Assembly: GCA_963754315.1 (NCBI GenBank)
Contig: CAVWFS010000015.1
Span: forward strand, 1-64,000
Reading direction: 5' to 3'
DNA length: 64,000 nucleotides
Source: an uncultured Candidatus Rokubacteria bacterium
GTDB taxonomy: Bacteria; Methylomirabilota; Methylomirabilia; Rokubacteriales; CSP1-6
The notes below the pieces were generated by a model, which saw only the letters and a program-made list of their open reading frames with translations, did not search any database and was not told the DNA's origin. The position numbers and the translations under genes were made by a program. Of this stretch, positions 61,179 to 64,000 are shown piece after piece (within the stretch, counting starts at the first letter, position 1; the number at the start of each line of letters is the position of its first letter).

Positions 61179-62309
61179 TCAGTCGATGGCGGCGTGCACG
61201 AGATTGCTGATGGTGTCCATGCGGGCGCTGTGCCAGGGATCGGGCACACGGCTGTTGGTCAGATAGGCAAACGAGACTCCCGACGCGGGATCGGCCCAGC
61301 AGTAGGATGACCCGACGCCCCCGTGACCGAACGTGCGGGGCGAGGCGAGGGCTCCGAGACCGCGAATGGTGTCTGTGGTCCCGCGCAGGTGCGGGCCGAG
61401 GCCCCGGTGCATGGGCATTCCCATGTAACCGTCCACTCGATCACCTGTCACGTTTCGCGTGACGTATTCCACCATCCGCGTCGACAGTAGCCGGACCCCG
61501 TTCAAACGTCCGCCCCCGAGCATCATCTGATAGAAGGCGGCCATGGCCCGGGCCGTGGCGTAACCCCCGCCCCCCGGCGTGCCCGCCCGCCGAAAGGCAG
61601 CGGTGTTGTCCTCGGCGCGCCGGATCTGGCGGGAGCCGTCGGGGCTCGGCTCGTGCATATCCACGCAGCGGACATGGGCCGAGTCGGGGACGCCCACGAA
61701 AATCTCCGATCCGAGCCCCAGAGGCTCGACGATGTTCTCGCGGATGAACGCGCGATAGTCGGTCTTCGTCAGCGCCTCGATGAGGGCGGCCGCCGTCCAG
61801 TGAGCGGCGCGGCCGTGATAGTGCACGCGAGATCCTGGCGTCCACTCCAGGGTGAAGCCGCATACCGTGCGCCGCAGCAACTCGTGGTCTTCCCAGGCCG
61901 CAGGGGGGACATCGGCATTGGGAAAGCCCCCCTGATGCGAGAGAAGCTGGACGAGCGTGATGTCCCCCTTGCCGTTGGCCTCGAAGCCCGGCAGATGGGC
62001 CGCCACTCGATCCGTGAAGGCGAGCGCGCCGCGCTCGACCAGGACCCAGATCGCGCACGCCGTCAGCACCTTGGTATTCGAGTAGAGCAGCCACAAGGTG
62101 TCGCTCTGGGCCGGTACCCTCTGGGGGTCGAGGCGCGCGTCGCCGAGGCTGGCGAAGACGGCGAGCTTGCCGTGGCGCGCCACCGCGAGCTGGGAGGCCG
62201 GATAGCGGCCCTCTGCGATGTGGCGGGTCACGGTCTCGCGCAGTCGGTCGAGTCCACGCTCGTCAAGGCCAAGGGAAGCGACGCTAGCGGAGGCGAGAGG
62301 AAAGCTCAT
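61179..62309 (-). CDS. serine hydrolase (beta-lactamase family)
   Basis: SNTK (SxxK), LLSHQGG, HYH, FGHGG. Confidence 0.9.
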   Translation of the reverse strand: MSFPLASASVASLGLDERGLDRLRETVTRHIAEGRYPASQLAVARHGKLAVFASLGDARLDPQRVPAQSDTLWLLYSNTKVLTACAIWVLVERGALAFTDRVAAHLPGFEANGKGDITLVQLLSHQGGFPNADVPPAAWEDHELLRRTVCGFTLEWTPGSRVHYHGRAAHWTAAALIEALTKTDYRAFIRENIVEPLGLGSEIFVGVPDSAHVRCVDMHEPSPDGSRQIRRAEDNTAAFRRAGTPGGGGYATARAMAAFYQMMLGGGRLNGVRLLSTRMVEYVTRNVTGDRVDGYMGMPMHRGLGPHLRGTTDTIRGLGALASPRTFGHGGVGSSYCWADPASGVSFAYLTNSRVPDPWHSARMDTISNLVHAAID

Positions 62310-62407
62310 GGTCAGTTCTCCAGTTCGCGGATGTCGCACTCTAGCATGATTGACACCCGGGCAAAGGGGCTCCTAAGATTCGAGCACATCACACGGCGGA
62401 GGGGCGC

Positions 62408-62866
62408 ATGGCCATCGAGGTGCTCGAGCTGCATCATCACGGCATTCGCATCGGTCCCACCCCGGAGGCTGTCAAGCAGGCGCACGACTTCTACCATGAC
62501 GTCCTGGGCTTGAGCCCTGATCGGGGGCGGCCCGTCATCCCGACCATCGATGGGTACTGGATGGACGTGGGCGGCACCGCTCAGATCCACTTGATGGGTG
62601 TGGATGGCCAGTCGAAGTTCGCCAAGGGGCCCGGGCAGGACCCCTCGGCGCCCCACGTCGCTCTGGCCGTGGCGGATATCGAGAAGTCGCGCGTCGAGCT
62701 GGATCGCCTGGGTGTGAAGTACTGGGTGGCCGAGGGTGTTGTGGGGCCGCAATCCCAGCAGATCTTCATGCACGATCCCTTCGGAAACATGATCGAGCTT
62801 CACCAGGTCGACCAGTGCCGGTGCGTGACGGCCCGGCGGGCGACAGCGTCGCGCTCGATGCGCTGA
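62408..62866 (+). CDS. VOC/glyoxalase family protein
   Basis: LHHHGI, QIHL, HVALAV, DPFGNMIELH. Confidence 0.88.
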   Translation: MAIEVLELHHHGIRIGPTPEAVKQAHDFYHDVLGLSPDRGRPVIPTIDGYWMDVGGTAQIHLMGVDGQSKFAKGPGQDPSAPHVALAVADIEKSRVELDRLGVKYWVAEGVVGPQSQQIFMHDPFGNMIELHQVDQCRCVTARRATASRSMR

Positions 62867-62868
62867 CC

Positions 62869-64000
62869 ATGCGGGTTGACGTCGTCGAGCGTGCGGCCGA
62901 GGTCACGCGCGCGACGATCGCGCCGCGCGCGGCCCGGTACGATCGCGAAGGGGCCAATCCCGTCGAGAGCTGGAAGGATCTCTGGCACGAGGGCTTCCTG
63001 GCGGCGGCGATACCGGCGGCGCACGGCGGCATGGGCCTGGACATGCCCACCTACATCGCGGTCATCCGGACCATCGCCCAGGGGTGCGCCAGCACCGCCA
63101 TGACCCTGCACATGCACTCGACGGTCATGCGCTTCATCGACACGCTTGGCACCGAGGACCAGAAGCGGCGCTATTTTCCCGAGGTCGTCGAGCACGGCCG
63201 GCTCTTCGGAAGCTGGGGGAGCGAGCCGGCCGTGAGCCTCTCGCGAACGTTCCTCATCGAGACGGCCATCCGGGCCGACGGCGACCACTGGGTCATCGAT
63301 GGGGTAAAGCATTTCTGCACGATGGCCCTCGGCGCCTCGTACTACATGGTCTGGTGTGCCATCAATGGCGAGTCGGACATGGGCAAGGCGCTTCTGCAAG
63401 CGCTCGTTCCGGCTGCGGCGCCCGGCATTGCCACCGACGGTAAGTGGGACACCCTCGGCATGCGTGGGACATACAGCCCCTCCGTATCGTTCAGGAGCGT
63501 GCGGGTCCATCGCGACGCCACCCTCGGCCAGCCAGGCTCCGCCCTGCACGTTGGCGTGGTGGAAGGCTTCGGCCTAGGCTACGCCGCTGTCTATGTGGGT
63601 ATCGCGGAAGCCACCTTGCAGTTCGCCGTCGACTATTCGAAAAAGCGCGTGGTCAAACCCGAGAACGTGGCGGTGGCCATGGACCCTGCCGTGCAACGGC
63701 ACATCGGCGACATGAGCGCGTATCTGGAGGCGGCCCGGCTCGTCCTGGAGGCGGCGGCGGCCGAATGGGCGGGGGCGGACCTCATCGAGCGTAGCCACCT
63801 CGCCAGCAAGGCCAAGTATCTGGCGACCGAGGTCGGCCTGCAGGTGACCTCCAAGGTCATCCAGGTCGTCGGAGGGCGCGGCGCCTACAAGGACTTCCCG
63901 GCCGAGCGGGCGCTGCGCGATCTTCGAACCTCGACCCTCATGCCGCCGACGGTGGACAAGATGCTGGAGACAATCGGCAAGCGCGCCCTCGGCATCCAGG
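62869..64000 (+). CDS. acyl-CoA dehydrogenase family protein (runs off the window)
   Basis: IPAAHGGMG, CASTA, SEP, IDGVKHFCT, WDTLGMRGT, QVVGGRG. Confidence 0.88.
   Translation, partial: MRVDVVERAAEVTRATIAPRAARYDREGANPVESWKDLWHEGFLAAAIPAAHGGMGLDMPTYIAVIRTIAQGCASTAMTLHMHSTVMRFIDTLGTEDQKRRYFPEVVEHGRLFGSWGSEPAVSLSRTFLIETAIRADGDHWVIDGVKHFCTMALGASYYMVWCAINGESDMGKALLQALVPAAAPGIATDGKWDTLGMRGTYSPSVSFRSVRVHRDATLGQPGSALHVGVVEGFGLGYAAVYVGIAEATLQFAVDYSKKRVVKPENVAVAMDPAVQRHIGDMSAYLEAARLVLEAAAAEWAGADLIERSHLASKAKYLATEVGLQVTSKVIQVVGGRGAYKDFPAERALRDLRTSTLMPPTVDKMLETIGKRALGIQ

Noticed and set aside
61179..62309. Antibiotic-resistance beta-lactamase
   Set aside because: No signal peptide; it looks like a cytoplasmic esterase-type member of the family.

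Overview
GC-rich bacterial chromosomal window of about 60 genes, mostly catabolic and redox enzymes and transporters. The gene content (tandem PF04392-type ABC binding proteins, many LLM oxidoreductases, GC-rich tandem hairpins) resembles Candidatus Rokubacteria/Methylomirabilota; this is inference only. Main blocks: (1) 0-5.4 kb, a decayed integron-like array of attC-like sites separating three orphan ABC substrate-binding paralogues and a DUF433/DUF5615 toxin-antitoxin pair; (2) a cobalt-type nitrile hydratase operon; (3) a TPP enzyme, LLM monooxygenase, TmoF-like reductase and fused thioredoxin-like Fd/Rieske protein, with no di-iron or Rieske oxygenase in the window; (4) a TonB-dependent receptor divergent from nikR-tonB, with a perfect GTATTAC-N13-GTAATAC operator; (5) UbiD/MetE-like genes, an RRM protein-rpsU pair, an MlaC-metallophosphoesterase fusion and yejABEF; (6) two probable selenoproteins split in the ORF track (a peroxiredoxin with TxxU and a ResA-like protein with WUGC), each followed by a SECIS-like hairpin; (7) an incomplete liv-type ABC system. 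About 13 genes carry single-base indels, probably long-read errors. No rRNA, tRNA, CRISPR array or integrase was seen.
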